From a virus (lineage: Duplodnaviria > Caudoviricetes), in the IMG/VR virus record IMGVR_UViG_2974732664_000001, positions 39,833-103,832 of that record: DNA of 64,000 nucleotides; one strand, given 5' to 3'. Position numbers and translations under genes: made by a program. How positions within the stretch are numbered: position 1 is the stretch's first letter; each line of letters opens with the position of its first letter. The notes below the pieces were generated by a model that did not search any database, had not been told where the DNA came from, and worked only from the letters and a program-made list of their open reading frames with translations. Shown here one piece after another: positions 41,901 through 54,400 of this stretch.

Positions 41901-43476
41901 CCTTTTTTACAAAATTTGAAAAAACCTACAATAGGTGATATTTTGTAAGATCATCTTTATTCGCATCATTTTGCTTTTGCACATAGCAATCTACTAACGA
42001 ACTACCTCTAGTTGTTAACTGCTACCCTATTGTCATAATTGGAGAATCTCCCTCGTTGTACAAACTTATAATAGTAGCGTTATCAGAGTTTATATGATTA
42101 AACTGTAAACCGATAGCTATATGTGTACAAATATTTCCTGTACCACTAACCTATGGAGGTTCAATACCTGTTATTCTAATAGCATTAGAGTTAACAGTCT
42201 AAGATATACTTGTATTAGCTAAATACTAATTAAAATTATCAGTACAAGTATTTATTCTGTAATAGTACTATGTCCACTGCTACGGATTTTCAAACCAATC
42301 AAGCTAATCCTCGGATTCTTTTACATAAAAATAATATTTAGCGCTGTACCCAGAAACGTTTATTTCAATTGTGTTTTCCCCATCTTTTGTAGCAAGAATC
42401 TTAAATGAATTCTATTGACGCTCTGTTACGGTAAGACCGTTTTCAAACATTTGTACACCGTTAACCTTTACGAAAACATTATAACTTCTGTTATTATTTA
42501 TGCCTTCATAGATTCTGAAGTTAAACTAAATATACCCAGGATTGTAAATATACTACCCCTCAGTCTATTGTGTATTATATATAACACCGACATCTGGAGA
42601 TATTAAACAGTATAATTCGTTAGGTATAAGAGATATATTTATAGTTTGATCATTGGATATCATTTCCTAGCCATCTGGTATAACCTATGTACTAAATACG
42701 GCAGAGTAAAATCCAGATTTATCGTTTGTAAAATTACTCTTATCTATAGGAAATGTAAGAGATCCACTTTGATTTTCAATATTTCCAGAGCCTAAATCCT
42801 ATCCATTAAATCTAGCCGAGTAGTTTATTGATGCTGAAACGGAAACTACGTAGTCAACTTTTATATTAAGACCAGTATCTCTTGCTGTTTCTATAAAGAT
42901 CTCATACGTATTGCTATCTGTTAAATATTTCTTTCCATTATCATCAACAAGTGATACATCGAACGAATATGGTGTAACAATGTACTAGCATGATACCTGC
43001 TATGTGTCATTACCATCTGTTACAGTAATAGTAAGCGTGGAGTTTGTATTAAGATTAATATTTGTCTAAAATCTAAACGCATTTTCGATAGATAAAATCT
43101 AAGTTCTTGTCTGAGTAGTTTCTCCACCATTAGCAGTTTTGGTTGTATACGAGTATGTTACATTAAACTTGCCACCATTTGGGTTGTTTATTATAATAAG
43201 AAGCGGATATGTATCTATTCCGTTAAGGACAATATTTTCGCCCTTAAGCTGGATACCATTAAGCGAAGCAAATACACTAAATGATTTATCATTGCCTCCA
43301 TCTCCATTACCAGAGCCAGAACCGACTCCGCCATATTTATAAATCCACTTAACATTTGTTTTAAGCGAATTTACATCATTAGTTATAGACTATAATTTGT
43401 CGGACAGCGTTGAAGAGCCATCCGACATTATTATATCGTCATCACTAACAATCTTAGAATTGTTATTTAATCTCAT
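35983..43476 (-). CDS. giant tail-associated protein: Ig-like/LamG-like region + CotH-like kinase + LRR/BspA-like repeats (~2497 aa, code 15)
   Basis: LQGSST..KNF, LKADVVDSSHSNN, EGFPILLF, YFGVYNFNLG, GLVDSVMKNL, FYDMDTCLG. LRR-like text such as NLSSINLSGS; repeats of type xxxxFxNC/CFAN at ~36100-38600. Single frame throughout. Confidence 0.75.
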
Positions 43477-46400
43477 ACTGTAAGCATTATTGTTTCTGTA
43501 TCAACCCACTCTCCGTAGTTGTTATCAGAAACCTGCTTAAAGTACTGTAACTTCATAGGAGATGTAGAGTAATCGTACTGTGTAAATTTAGCTGTAGATG
43601 TAAGAATGTTAGCTATTCTAACAAGCTCAACATTGTAATCAGAATCCGAGAGTTTTATTATACCAAACATTGGGTATTTCTAGTTAGCGTTTGCTACGTC
43701 TTTTCCGTTTTTAACTGTTGTTTCTGGTATAGCTATAGAGAACTTCTAGTTTGCAGAAGGAAGCTCTTTATTTGATGTAAGTTTAAATCCTGTAGCCTAA
43801 CACATAAAATAAGTAACACCGCCTTCAAGGTTAGGTACGCTTGTATACGGGAAGAAGCCAGTAGGAGCCTGTCCTACATCCTCTCGTTTTGTTAAAGGGA
43901 ACTTTGTATAATCTTTACCATCTACAACAAATCTAACATTATCGTTCTATAATGTATTACTCATCGAATACTCTGAAAAATTATCTTTGCTGTTTTTATT
44001 CTATCCAAAGAAGAAATACTCTCTAACAGGATATGTACAAGCATATGTGTGTTTATGACCACCGATCATAAGCTTTACACCTTTGTACTCAAGGAGTCTG
44101 CTAAGCCAATATGTACCAGCACCAGTTTCGGTTTGATCGATCTAATTACAATGGCTGCCGATTAATTTGTCTCCATTAGGTCCAAGTGATCTAGAATACC
44201 GTTCCTGTCCATTTGCGATATTGCTATTTGTAATAACAGTGAACGGTATTCTAGATCACTTGGACCTAATGGAGACAAATTAATCGGCAGCCATTGTATA
44301 TATAGATGTAAAACTGCTAATATATTTCTTATTTGTACCAATAGTGTAGCCGGTATAAATATTAACAGTGTCTTCTCCGTCTTTAAGATTAAACCACTGG
44401 TTACAATTAATCGTTGTGATTTCACTATTAATCATAACGAATCTGTAGTTCTTTGATTCGAAATAATACAGAGATGGTATATATTTGCTATTAACAATTG
44501 GCACGAATACAGATTCATTTATATCGTAACAAAAGAATACATGAAAGTAGAAAGAGTTTGATTTACCAAGGTCGTCACCAGTTCCAAGATCTGTCACATT
44601 TGTACCACAGAGGTCGTTGTTACCAACAACATTCATCTACTCAAACTTGTTAAACAAAACATGACCAGCGTTGTAGTAATCAAACCACTCATTAATTCTT
44701 GTTCCGTTCTGTGTCATGTCTCCAGTATTAATGAGAATAGGAATAATATTGCTACTCTTTTGGTCTTCTGTAATCTTTTCATTCAGCTTGTTTGCTGCTG
44801 CAGCCCAAACCTGGTACTATAACCAATCAAATCCTTGCTAGTCTGTTATTTGATAAATAACTGGCTTATAAGTTTCTGGGTATAACGTAAATGACTGTAC
44901 GTCTGATACATATGAACCAGGATTACCATTAGCATTAGGTCTACCAACAACATATTCCCAAACCTAAGGACCTCCTGTAACAGCAGAACCAACAACATTA
45001 ATTACACATTTATGAGATGTATACTGTGTATCATCTGCTGGAAATCTACTTACGATTCTACTATAGATAACATTATTAACATCTTTAGAATATTCTTTTC
45101 TTCTAGGATAAGATGTATCCTACTCAGTAGCGTTTTCTACCTCTTTATAAGATTCGAATCTATATGTCCAATCTGTCTATCCTTTCTGTCTAATCCAGAT
45201 ATACTCATCATGGTATCCTACAGAGATCCAGTTAAATGCTCTATCCTTATGCATGTCTATACCAAACGAACATGTAACTATATTTGGTTTAGTTACATCA
45301 ATCTTAGACTTATCTGTGCATACATTCTTATTTAAATAAGACGCCTTTGGAGCAAAGTTAGCTACACTATACTATTCTTTAGAATGTGGAAAACTAATCG
45401 TTGGCGAACTAAGATCTACAATCCAAACATCTGCTGTACTAGCCCATCTTGCTCTAGAACTATCTTTAACGTTTGCTGACTAATAAGCCTACTGTGCAGG
45501 GTCAAGCTCAAATGTGTTTTTATACATTGTATTCGATTTAATACTAAGAATAAGCTTTGCCCAATATCCAGTCTTAGAAGAATCTATAACACCTGTAAAG
45601 AAATAGATTGAATCAATGAATGATGGATCGTATAGGTTAGGGTAAGTCTTAGTGTCATTAAATATGGTTACAGAGCTATCGTTTGTTTTCCATAAATATG
45701 TTGTAGGAGTAAGTGTTGGATTACCATATGTCAAAGCGAAACCGTTTCCAAGGTTAGAACTTGTATCGATTGTAAAATCAATCAACTTACCGCTTTCGTA
45801 CCACTCTTGATCGTACGAATCTACCTTAATATAAGCGTTTTCATCTTTCTTATTACCATAATAAGCTCCTGCAATAACATATGTACCACCTGCTTTTATC
45901 GTGCCAGTAAGTGGTAAATGATATACAGCCTACTTCTCGTCTGTTGGTCTAGTGTAATGCAAATAGCACCCCTGTAAGCAAAAGTCGCTATCAGATGTAT
46001 TCTCAAGTTCAACGAACGCTCTTGTACAACCGTGTACGATATCTGTATCCAACGGTGCGTAGAATGCACCAATTTTTATTCTGTCAGAATATAATCCAAT
46101 ATTTTGTGTTTCAGATAATCTGTTAGATGGATTTGCTTTATTATATTCTGCTAATCTAAGTCTACCGATAAATCCTCTAGCACTCCAGCTATCCAAGTCA
46201 ACACCACTAGCGATTACTCTATTAGAAAGAAGATCTTCGTCATTAGGAATTTCTTGATTAATAAGATCTCCAGACTCATTGATAAAGAACTTGTACTTCT
46301 TGCCAGTGTCTTGGTGAATAAATGTAATATCTGAAAGGTCTGTTATTCGTAAGTTTTCACCATCCTCGCGAATAATACCTTGCCTCTTAAGCAAATCTAA

Positions 46401-47633
46401 TACTTCACTTTCTGTCATACCGTCATCTGGTGTTGTACCGCCACCAGCAGCAATTTTAACTAGTTTATTATTATTTTTAATCCATAAATTCTTTGTACTT
46501 TCAACAAAGGTTAATTCGTTATTCTGAATTTGGTCCTTTATCTTCTAAAGTACATCTTCTGATTTTACAGAACGAATTGTTATATGTGATACTTTATATT
46601 TGTAATCCTACTCAGATGGTGCGCTAGGAATAACCTGGTTAGAAAAATCCTGGAATTTAGAGCATATATCAAACATAGAAACGTTTGTATCTCTAAACGT
46701 AACCCAATCTGGATAATATGAATACCCGATATCGTTTCGTATATTGTTTAGCCTATCATCATAATAATAACCCTCTTTGTATACCTTGTCATGGATAGCA
46801 TCGCCGATACTAATGTATATATATCTACTACCAGCATCTCCTACCATTCTGCTAATGCAAACCATTATATTGTATGCGTCAGCTTTTGGCAACTCTATTG
46901 AATTTATATTAAAACGAGTCTAGTTTTCTCCGTTTGTTAAATGTATAGTTATATCTGGATTAGTTACAGTAAAATACATAAAAATCTTAGGATCTGTAAT
47001 CTATTTTACAGTCTAATCGTCATTCCATGTAGCTTCTCCAGTAACCTTTACTACACCTTCTTCATCATAGCCTAAGTTTGATTCTGGTGTAAGTTCACAA
47101 CCATGACCTATTGTAAGACTTGTGACAGATGACAAATCTTCTTTATCAACCGCCCACAATGGTTCGTCGTCTGGATCAGAAATACCGTCTAGAACAGATG
47201 ACATTAACGTATTTTCATCCGTATATGAATTGAGTCCATATCTAAACGTATTCCTTATTTTTGCCACTTCGCTCTATAATGCTCTTATGGCAGAAAACAA
47301 AATGTCGACATACGTACCATTTACCTAAACTTCTCTAGAAGGTTTTGTGTTTAGGTCACTTTCCTTATCAGCTATAAATATATATTTATCAGGGATGTCA
47401 CTATGGTCTAAATTATCTATGATATCTTGTGTATATGTAGGTATTCCGGCAAATGATCCAATGCCGCTCTTTATAATTCGCTCATTTAATTCGTGCTGAC
47501 AAATTTTGAGCTGTTCATCGTATATTTGTCCAGCATCTGCCACAACGCCTTCTGTAGACGCACTAACGATCCTTCCGTATACGATAGTATCCTCTTTCTT
47601 TGGTCTTATATACGAGTTTTTAATATCTGCCAT
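43473..47633 (-). CDS. calcineurin-like (purple acid phosphatase-type) metallophosphoesterase with lamin-tail-like domain, ~1386 codons; interrupted by in-frame TAA (44280) and TGA (44256)
   Basis: Motifs ITDQQGF, NTGDMTQNG, VVGNNDL and GGHKHTY; LTD-like FVELENTSDSDFCLQGCYL; fibre-like N-terminus IVYGRIVSASTEGVVADAGQIYD. The same frame continues either side of the lesion. Confidence 0.75.
44147..44298. repeat. perfect 58-bp inverted repeat with 36-nt loop
   Basis: 44147-44204 (tacaatggctgccg...ataccgttc) is the exact reverse complement of 44241-44298. Confidence 0.95.
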
Positions 47634-47644
47634 AATTAGTCATT

Positions 47645-48562
47645 TTAGAATATTGCCTTTACAGAAACTCCTCCAGACATAGTGTTTTTAAGTACTGGGT
47701 TAGAACCTGCATAATAATAATATCCTGTTTCAGCATTATACTAAACAGTAGTAAATGGTATATTATTCATACTTCCATCAATAAGGTTTTTAATAGGCTT
47801 TTTAGACATTACCCATAAATATTGACCATCTACATAATTTACTATAGTTGAGAATCTTGATAAATCATGAACTTCGAGAAGCAAATTAGGATCTACATTC
47901 TGTATTCCTACATTATCATATGTTTCCTGTGATGGGTTTTCGTATCCATCGTCAGACCTGTCGAATCCTTTATCTTGATCACTTTCTTCGTCTTCGGCGA
48001 ATGGTCTTACTGTTAAATATCCAATAAATCCAGAATTAATCAAAGGATCAACTCCAGTTGTTATTGTTATTCCACCAGTCTGCTCTGTACCTTTATCAAC
48101 GATTTCAAATATCTCTCCATAGTCTATCGTATTAGTTTTAAGCTATCTTTTTCCCCAACCAGGAACAAATGTTTCTACGACAACAATTAATTGATATACT
48201 CCACATATCTAATCTTTTGATGGAAAGTATGCGTTTATAACATTATTGTTTGCGTCTAATTCAGACTCCATGAGATATTTTGTTTTGTCCAAAGGTCTAT
48301 ATTTATCCATTTCACACTTGCAGTCAAAATCTCTTCCGTTATAGTAGAATTTATTTCTACAATGAGGCAATATATGATACGTAGGACATCCACACCAATT
48401 TAGCAAATACTAACTATTGCAGCATTTTTTATTCATGCTCTCGGTTAATGTTTTGTTAACCAAATAACATTTTATATTCTTGATATTAGATGCGCTATAT
48501 TCTGTTTTATCAACAAGTGATATATTTATTCTAATATCATTTCCGATTCTGATTTTTTGCAT
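47645..48562 (-). CDS. tail fibre/hub-associated structural protein (305 aa)
   Basis: MQKIRIGNDIRI N-terminus is common to Bacteroidota phage fibre anchors; Cys-rich insert; fragments share a frame. Confidence 0.6.
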
Positions 48563-48575
48563 ATTGATATGTATT

Positions 48576-48620
48576 TAAAAACAAAAAGCCGAGATAGGGC
48601 TTATTACCCCACCCCGGCTA
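48576..48620 (-). terminator. intrinsic terminator after the auxiliary capsid gene
   Basis: Minus strand AGCCGGGGTGGGG-TAATAAG-CCCTATCTCGGCT followed by TTTTGTTTTT. Confidence 0.8.
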
Positions 48621-48624
48621 AATA

Positions 48625-49755
48625 TTAAAATTTCTTTTCGTCGTATGCGTTTGCATTACTAATAGGATTTGCTATGTTCTGACGAGCCTGAATCATATTC
48701 TGAAGCTTCTCTACAAGTCCACCAGCAATCTCTACAGCACCAGTTGTAAACTTTTCACCATTATTAGAGGCGTAAATCTCAACTGTCTGCTTTGTTCTGC
48801 GCCACAAATCATCAGCTGTTCTATACTGGTTCTCGAACTCGATTGTGATACCATCGTATTTGTTATCGATATTTGTAACCATAGCTGGCTGAGGATCGTA
48901 CCAGCAGTTACGATGCAAAACACCCTGGTAGTCAAATGATGCACGTTCGCGATCACGAACAAGCTTAGCTGAAGCAGGATATGTTGTACCTTCCTTCTTT
49001 GAGAAAGCTGCACCAAAATCATACTTGTTATTAGATGCCCAACCTGGAGCAGCTGGATTCATCCAATACATATTTGCATCAAAGCGACCCTTCATGTATA
49101 CGTTTTCTGTTCTATTAGACTCATCGTCATCATACTTCATTGCTGTAAGAATGAGCTTCTTCTCATCAGCTTTAGCGTATACTCTCTGACGCTTTGGAGC
49201 ACGAATAATATCCTTTATAAGACCAGCGATAATCTACTCAACACCGTCACCAACTTCTGTAACGTAGCTATAAGACTCTGTCCATTTACGATAACGCATT
49301 GGCATATCTTTGAATGTAAGACGAAGTACAACAGGACAACCACCCTGTGCAAGAACCTTAAGTGTTTCTGATGGTACGTTTGTAAAGTCTATTGTAATCT
49401 GATCTTCAGCATCGTCCTTATAGTCGAGCTTTGTTACAGACTTAATATCTGCAACGTTGATGATGTTAGACCACTTGATAACTGGGACAAACTTAACGGT
49501 GCCGTCCTTACCAACCTTCTGAAAACTATCAGATGTAATAACGCCAATCTTGAAACGATCTGCGTTTTCGTCATAAGAATAAACATCTGTGATAGCTGTA
49601 CCATCCTGTGCAGATGGATCGCAGTTCATAAATACAAACTTACCAACCAATGGCTTAAGTTCTGCTTTTGTTTCCTTGCCAGCCAAATCTTCGGCTGTAG
49701 CAAGTGTCTCACCGTTCTTGTTAGAAACAAGGACTGTATTTACATATGTAATCAT
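48625..49755 (-). CDS. auxiliary capsid protein-like (376 aa)
   Basis: MITYVNTVLVS, WSNII, RKWTESY, KLVRDRE, TKQTVEIY; only one TAG; synteny after the ring genes. Confidence 0.7.
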
Positions 49756-49832
49756 ATTAAAATTAATTTTTTCTACTCACCCTATAATGTTAATGCTAGA
49801 CCTAACTAGCTGGGCTTTCCACGTTAAAATTA

Positions 49833-50528
49833 TTATTCTTGTGTATTTACCTCTTGAGTTATAGTTCTATAGCGCTCGTCTTTCTTATTTTCTAAATACA
49901 TTTGAGCAGCAATCTTTATAATCTCGGGCATAATAATATCCTCGAAATCCTCATATTCATCATAAGGATTATCGAGTGTTATTTCTGTAGGCTTTCTGAG
50001 ATAACCTAAAGAATATTTACTAATCTTATATTGTTTATCTGTTAGCAACATACATCCATTAGAATTTCTTACACGTAGAGGTCTAGCTCTATGAAATCTG
50101 TAATGGAAGTCTGTAAGACTGTTGTTAACTCTGTACATAAAATTATCCTACGTGCACTCAAACATGCATGTATTGATTTTATTCTCTCCATCAAGATCGC
50201 TTATTACGACGTCCTCATTGAGTGAGAACATGAAGTCTTCTGGATAGATTATAGTGTAAGATGTATATGACGGCTGACTTTCATCTACAGTCATATTTGT
50301 TGATGTGTAAGTCTTCTATTCGTATAGTTTAATAAGATCTTCTCTACGCTTTTCATTTTGTTCGTACGAAGTTCCGTGAACAAGATCGCTATTAAATCTA
50401 AGCTTAATAAACTTACAAACAGCCTAATTGAGCCAGAATAAAGATTCGTCAGTAGATGGTTTGTCTAGCTGGCTATCAAATTTATTTATCTCTCTTTCTA
50501 GCCCTACTAAAATATCTATATTCCTCAT
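49833..50528 (-). CDS. tail ring protein 3-like (231 aa)
   Basis: LFWLNQAVCKFIKLRF...SYEQNEKRREDL; YLRKP; EIIKIAAQMYLEN. Confidence 0.75.
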
Positions 50529-51274
50529 TACTCAGCCTCCTACTATTTTGGTTGTGATTTCTATTTAGAATTACCCTAAGCAAGTTTTAGTTTATACTGA
50601 GTCAAATACATGTCTACAGCACCTGACACGAGCTCTTCAAAACATGAATACGGAAGCGAACAATAACTATGTACGGCTCCAGCAGACTGATCGCTGTCAT
50701 TAAACTTTAATACATTGAATGCATTAGGCTGGCAATAGTATGTAAGATCCACACTATCTATCTATGTATATACGTCAGATATAACCTTAAACTAATTACT
50801 TGTATAATTAGTGCTTTCAAATATAACTAATGGATTTTTTATAATCCCGTTATAGTTGTAGTACGCATTGATTACGTTGTCTACATCTTCTTGCTTAATA
50901 AGTATATTTGGTGTAATTACACCACCTTCTAAAACCTTATCACTTTTATAATTTTTTGTAACGATGCTTTCAGATCTTACGTACATTGCATAATCTTCAG
51001 GCAATTTATATAAGCCATCATCATTTGATGCCTTTATATTAACTCGCCTAATTAAAGATCTGCTAACATCGCTTATTCTTTTAGCTCGTCTAGTACCACG
51101 TTGAAAATCGTCTTCTGTAGAATACAGCATTTTTACATACTGTGTCTAGAACTCGCTTAAGAATGAATATATTGTATCGGTGCTAAGTTTCTATTCTGAC
51201 GCAAACTAAGGATATACTTCAATTAGTCTACGTTCAAACTCAATACCAAGTTTTCGTGTTTCTTCTCTTGTCAT
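50528..51274 (-). CDS. tail ring protein paralogue (248 aa)
   Basis: LGIEFERRL...IYSFLSEFQ; YKLPEDYAMYVRS; CSLPYSCFEELVSGAV. Confidence 0.7.
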
Positions 51275-51999
51275 GATTCAAGTGGTCTAGTATTAGCTTT
51301 AGTAGTAAGTCTACTAGATTCTACAATCTCGGTAGACATAATAATTGCCAAATTAATTAATTCTTCTGCCATGCTATCAGATAATTCAAATTTAGTCTAT
51401 CCGAAATCATAGTCGTTTACTGATAGTCCTGGTCCAATAGCAAATTTTGCAGGACGTTTAATATATGTGAATTCAGCCGTTGACTGAGCTCCATTATATT
51501 GTACATCCATTGGATCTACATATACCACAACATTGTTGTTCTCTATGCATCCTACAGGCTACTCAATCCAAGGTAGATTTGTTTTTGTTACCTTAAATTT
51601 TTTAGCAACATCATGCAATACGAATACTATATTTTCATATTTATGGTTCTTGTTATCATGAGAAGTAATATTCTCTTTGATTTCAATCTGTCCATCAATT
51701 ATGTATAAAACAAGATTATCTATAGTGTGCGTAGCGAATGTATAGTTATTATCGCCAGATAAACTACCAACGGCAGTTAATTTGTTAATCAATGGCTATA
51801 AATCTTCGATTGCTTTCATATCTGACTCAAACGCTGACCTTCTAGGATTATTTCCTGTATATTTTTGAGCTATAAGAGCTAGGTAGGCTTTATCGAGTAT
51901 TGTAGCAATCTCATATTTAGTTAGCGACGGATATGACGAAGTTATATTTGCCTTGTCATATTCAATCATAAACTTAGTATAAATATCACTATGCGTCAT
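51271..51999 (-). CDS. tail ring protein 4/5-like (242 aa)
   Basis: KFMIEYDK...EIATILDKA...FESDMKAIEDL; YIKRP; FELSDSMAEELINLA. Confidence 0.75.
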
Positions 52000-52014
52000 A
52001 CGTCGTTAGTTTAA

Positions 52015-52767
52015 TTATTTATTTTCGATCTGATTAATAATCGAGATCTTTAAGTCTTGATTCTTCTTTGCGTCCAAGTATGCAATACAATCCTACAATG
52101 AGTCTGCAAGCATCTCAGAACCATAGTAATACTGTGTTCTATCCTTACGGATAATACCTTTGGCAATAGCACTCTCGATCAAGAACTCTGTTTCCTTTGT
52201 CTTGTTATTAACCCACTTTGTAAAGAAGTTCTGTGGCTGTTTATCAACCAATGAGAACAATGTAGACTCTACAAGCTCATTAGACATTGTGTCAGCGCTA
52301 ACACCGAACAGTCTAAGACACTTACGCATCTCTTCGAGAGAAAGCTTGCCAAAAGCAATAATAGCGTCTCTACGAAGCTTGTTAATCTTGTTCTTCTCAA
52401 TAGCTTCAGCCTGTCTATTAATAAGCAGGTAATCCTTACCAGCATTGAGTTTATCAAGCGATGTGGCTACTCTCTTATGTCCCTCAAGGAACTTAATAAT
52501 CATAGCCTATCGTGGGAATGAGTCATCAAGAATTGTGCTCTTAGAGCCAACCTTAACACAGAATGTATTCCAGAATGGTGAATTTTTAGCGAGATGGCCT
52601 TCTGGATAGCCAAGCTCCTTTTCAAATTTCTTTTCGTCCTCAGGTGTTAAACCTGTGTATATCGACCCAGATCTGGTAAAGTAAGGTGCAATATAATCAA
52701 AACAATGTTTATACTTTAACAATCCAGCCCAGGGATTTTTCTTTCTGATCTTTAATTCAACTACCAT
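52015..52767 (-). CDS. conserved crAss protein downstream of MCP (250 aa)
   Basis: RSGSIYTGLTPEDE, SPFW, FLIESAIAKGIIRK; two TAGs join the fragments. Confidence 0.8.
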
Positions 52768-52787
52768 AATTTTTCAATTAGTTGTTG

Positions 52788-52830
52788 CAATGCCAAGCTC
52801 CCACCCGATCTTGGGTGGGGTTGAACATTG
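52788..52830 (-). promoter_or_regulatory. strong stem-loop directly after MCP (mRNA stabiliser or attenuator)
   Basis: CCCACCC/GGGTGGG core with outer CAATG/CATTG pairing; no clear U-tract. Confidence 0.55.
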
Positions 52831-52846
52831 TATATTATTTTATTAA

Positions 52847-54382
52847 TTACGCGAGCTCTGCTGCTCTATTCTCGACTGCAATAGTCTCCTGGTCTTCAGC
52901 ATCGCAATACAAGATACCACATGACAATGGGTTTCTCAGCATGATACCCTCTTCACCAAGGAAGTGTACCTGGTAACCATCACGGCTGTTAGAACGCATA
53001 GTGTTGATGTTGTTTGCATAACCATTTGGCAATACAGAACCACCAGTACACCACTGTACGAACTCACGACCCTTACGACATACCTTAACGATGTTAGCCT
53101 GACCATCACGGCGACCAAGGTCAACGAACAAGAATGTATAAGACATCAATGGTTTACCTGTCAATGGGTGAAGCTGACGGAACATTTCCATGTTATCAAA
53201 CATAGCACAACGCTTAACTGTCAACTCAATACCATTAGTCATAGTGTAAGTTGTGAACTGACCACCCAACTTCAAGTCCTGACCAGAACCTGTAACGAAG
53301 TGTGTATCAATCATATTGAAGCTAGCTGCCTTCTCCTTCAAGATACGGTCGAACTCACGGATACCCATCTCACCGGTCAAAGCAACGAATTTACGCTCGT
53401 TAGTACCGATAATGTTGTAGCAGAGATCGAACAAGTAATCCTCGAACAACTCTGTAGTCAGATTTGTATAATAACGTACGTTAGCTGGAGCAATCTGCTC
53501 GAACAAACCTGCAGAGATTGGAACGAAACGGCCATTAGTACCCTTCAAATTGTAAGTACCATCTGCGTTACGGTTAGAATGAGCGAACAGCAACTGCTTC
53601 TCTTCTCTCTTCTTCCACTCACGAAGAGCCTTCCAATACTGATAGTCAGACCACAAATAAGACTTCTTACCTGTCTCAGGATCAGTCAAAGCGATAGCCA
53701 ATACTGTAGAGTAAGCATCACCAGTGATATCGTAAGTAAGACGCATAGTCATCAAGCTATTACGCATCTTAAATGGAGTCTGATAGTTGATAATATCTGC
53801 CTCATCACTGTACTCCTCGTAAGCAGAACCGATACGGTCTACCTGACGACCTGGGAGCAAATACTCGCAAGGAATATAAGAACCCTGGAAGCCTTCTGCT
53901 ACATAGCACTCATATACCCATGTGCTACCATCCTGGTATGGAGTACCATTTACACGTACCTGGAAGTTTACGTTGTCAAATGCAAGAATTGCACCTGGAC
54001 CAAACCACTTCTCTTCAAGACCAAGATAAATAGGAGTATTGTTAATACCTGGAGTCAAACCTTCTGTAATTGACTTAGGAGTAATCTCCTTACCATTCCA
54101 CTTAGCATAGCGGATGTTAACAGCGTGATCAGCATCAATCATTACAGACCACTCATATTCTCTGTTTTCGATAGTCATGGTTGAACCAAGACCACCAGTT
54201 AACAAGTCGATGGTAGTTGAAATACCATCATCCTTTGTACCAAAAACCAATGACAACAAGCCTGCTACTTCATGAGGCTTTGTAAGCATTGCGTTAGCAA
54301 TCATGTTTTCGTCTACCAAGTCAGCAAAACGCTTACCACGGTAGAGCTGAAGATTATTTAATAAAGAACTTGAATTATTCAT
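52847..54382 (-). CDS. major capsid protein (511 aa)
   Basis: Uninterrupted ORF with crAss MCP signatures (GKRFADLVDEN, YDITGDA, AGLFEQI, DGYQVHFLGEEG); no TAG. Confidence 0.93.
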   Translation of the reverse strand: MNNSSSLLNNLQLYRGKRFADLVDENMIANAMLTKPHEVAGLLSLVFGTKDDGISTTIDLLTGGLGSTMTIENREYEWSVMIDADHAVNIRYAKWNGKEITPKSITEGLTPGINNTPIYLGLEEKWFGPGAILAFDNVNFQVRVNGTPYQDGSTWVYECYVAEGFQGSYIPCEYLLPGRQVDRIGSAYEEYSDEADIINYQTPFKMRNSLMTMRLTYDITGDAYSTVLAIALTDPETGKKSYLWSDYQYWKALREWKKREEKQLLFAHSNRNADGTYNLKGTNGRFVPISAGLFEQIAPANVRYYTNLTTELFEDYLFDLCYNIIGTNERKFVALTGEMGIREFDRILKEKAASFNMIDTHFVTGSGQDLKLGGQFTTYTMTNGIELTVKRCAMFDNMEMFRQLHPLTGKPLMSYTFLFVDLGRRDGQANIVKVCRKGREFVQWCTGGSVLPNGYANNINTMRSNSRDGYQVHFLGEEGIMLRNPLSCGILYCDAEDQETIAVENRAAELA

Positions 54383-54400
54383 AATATGTTAATTGTCTCA

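Noticed and set aside
44205-44240. Invertible phase-variation segment between the inverted repeats
   Set aside because: The stops lie in the repeat arm, so flipping the loop cannot restore the gene, and no recombinase is visible in the window.
52964-54073. 369-aa + strand ORF
   Set aside because: It is the antisense shadow of the strongly codon-biased MCP gene, with no recognisable motifs or start context.
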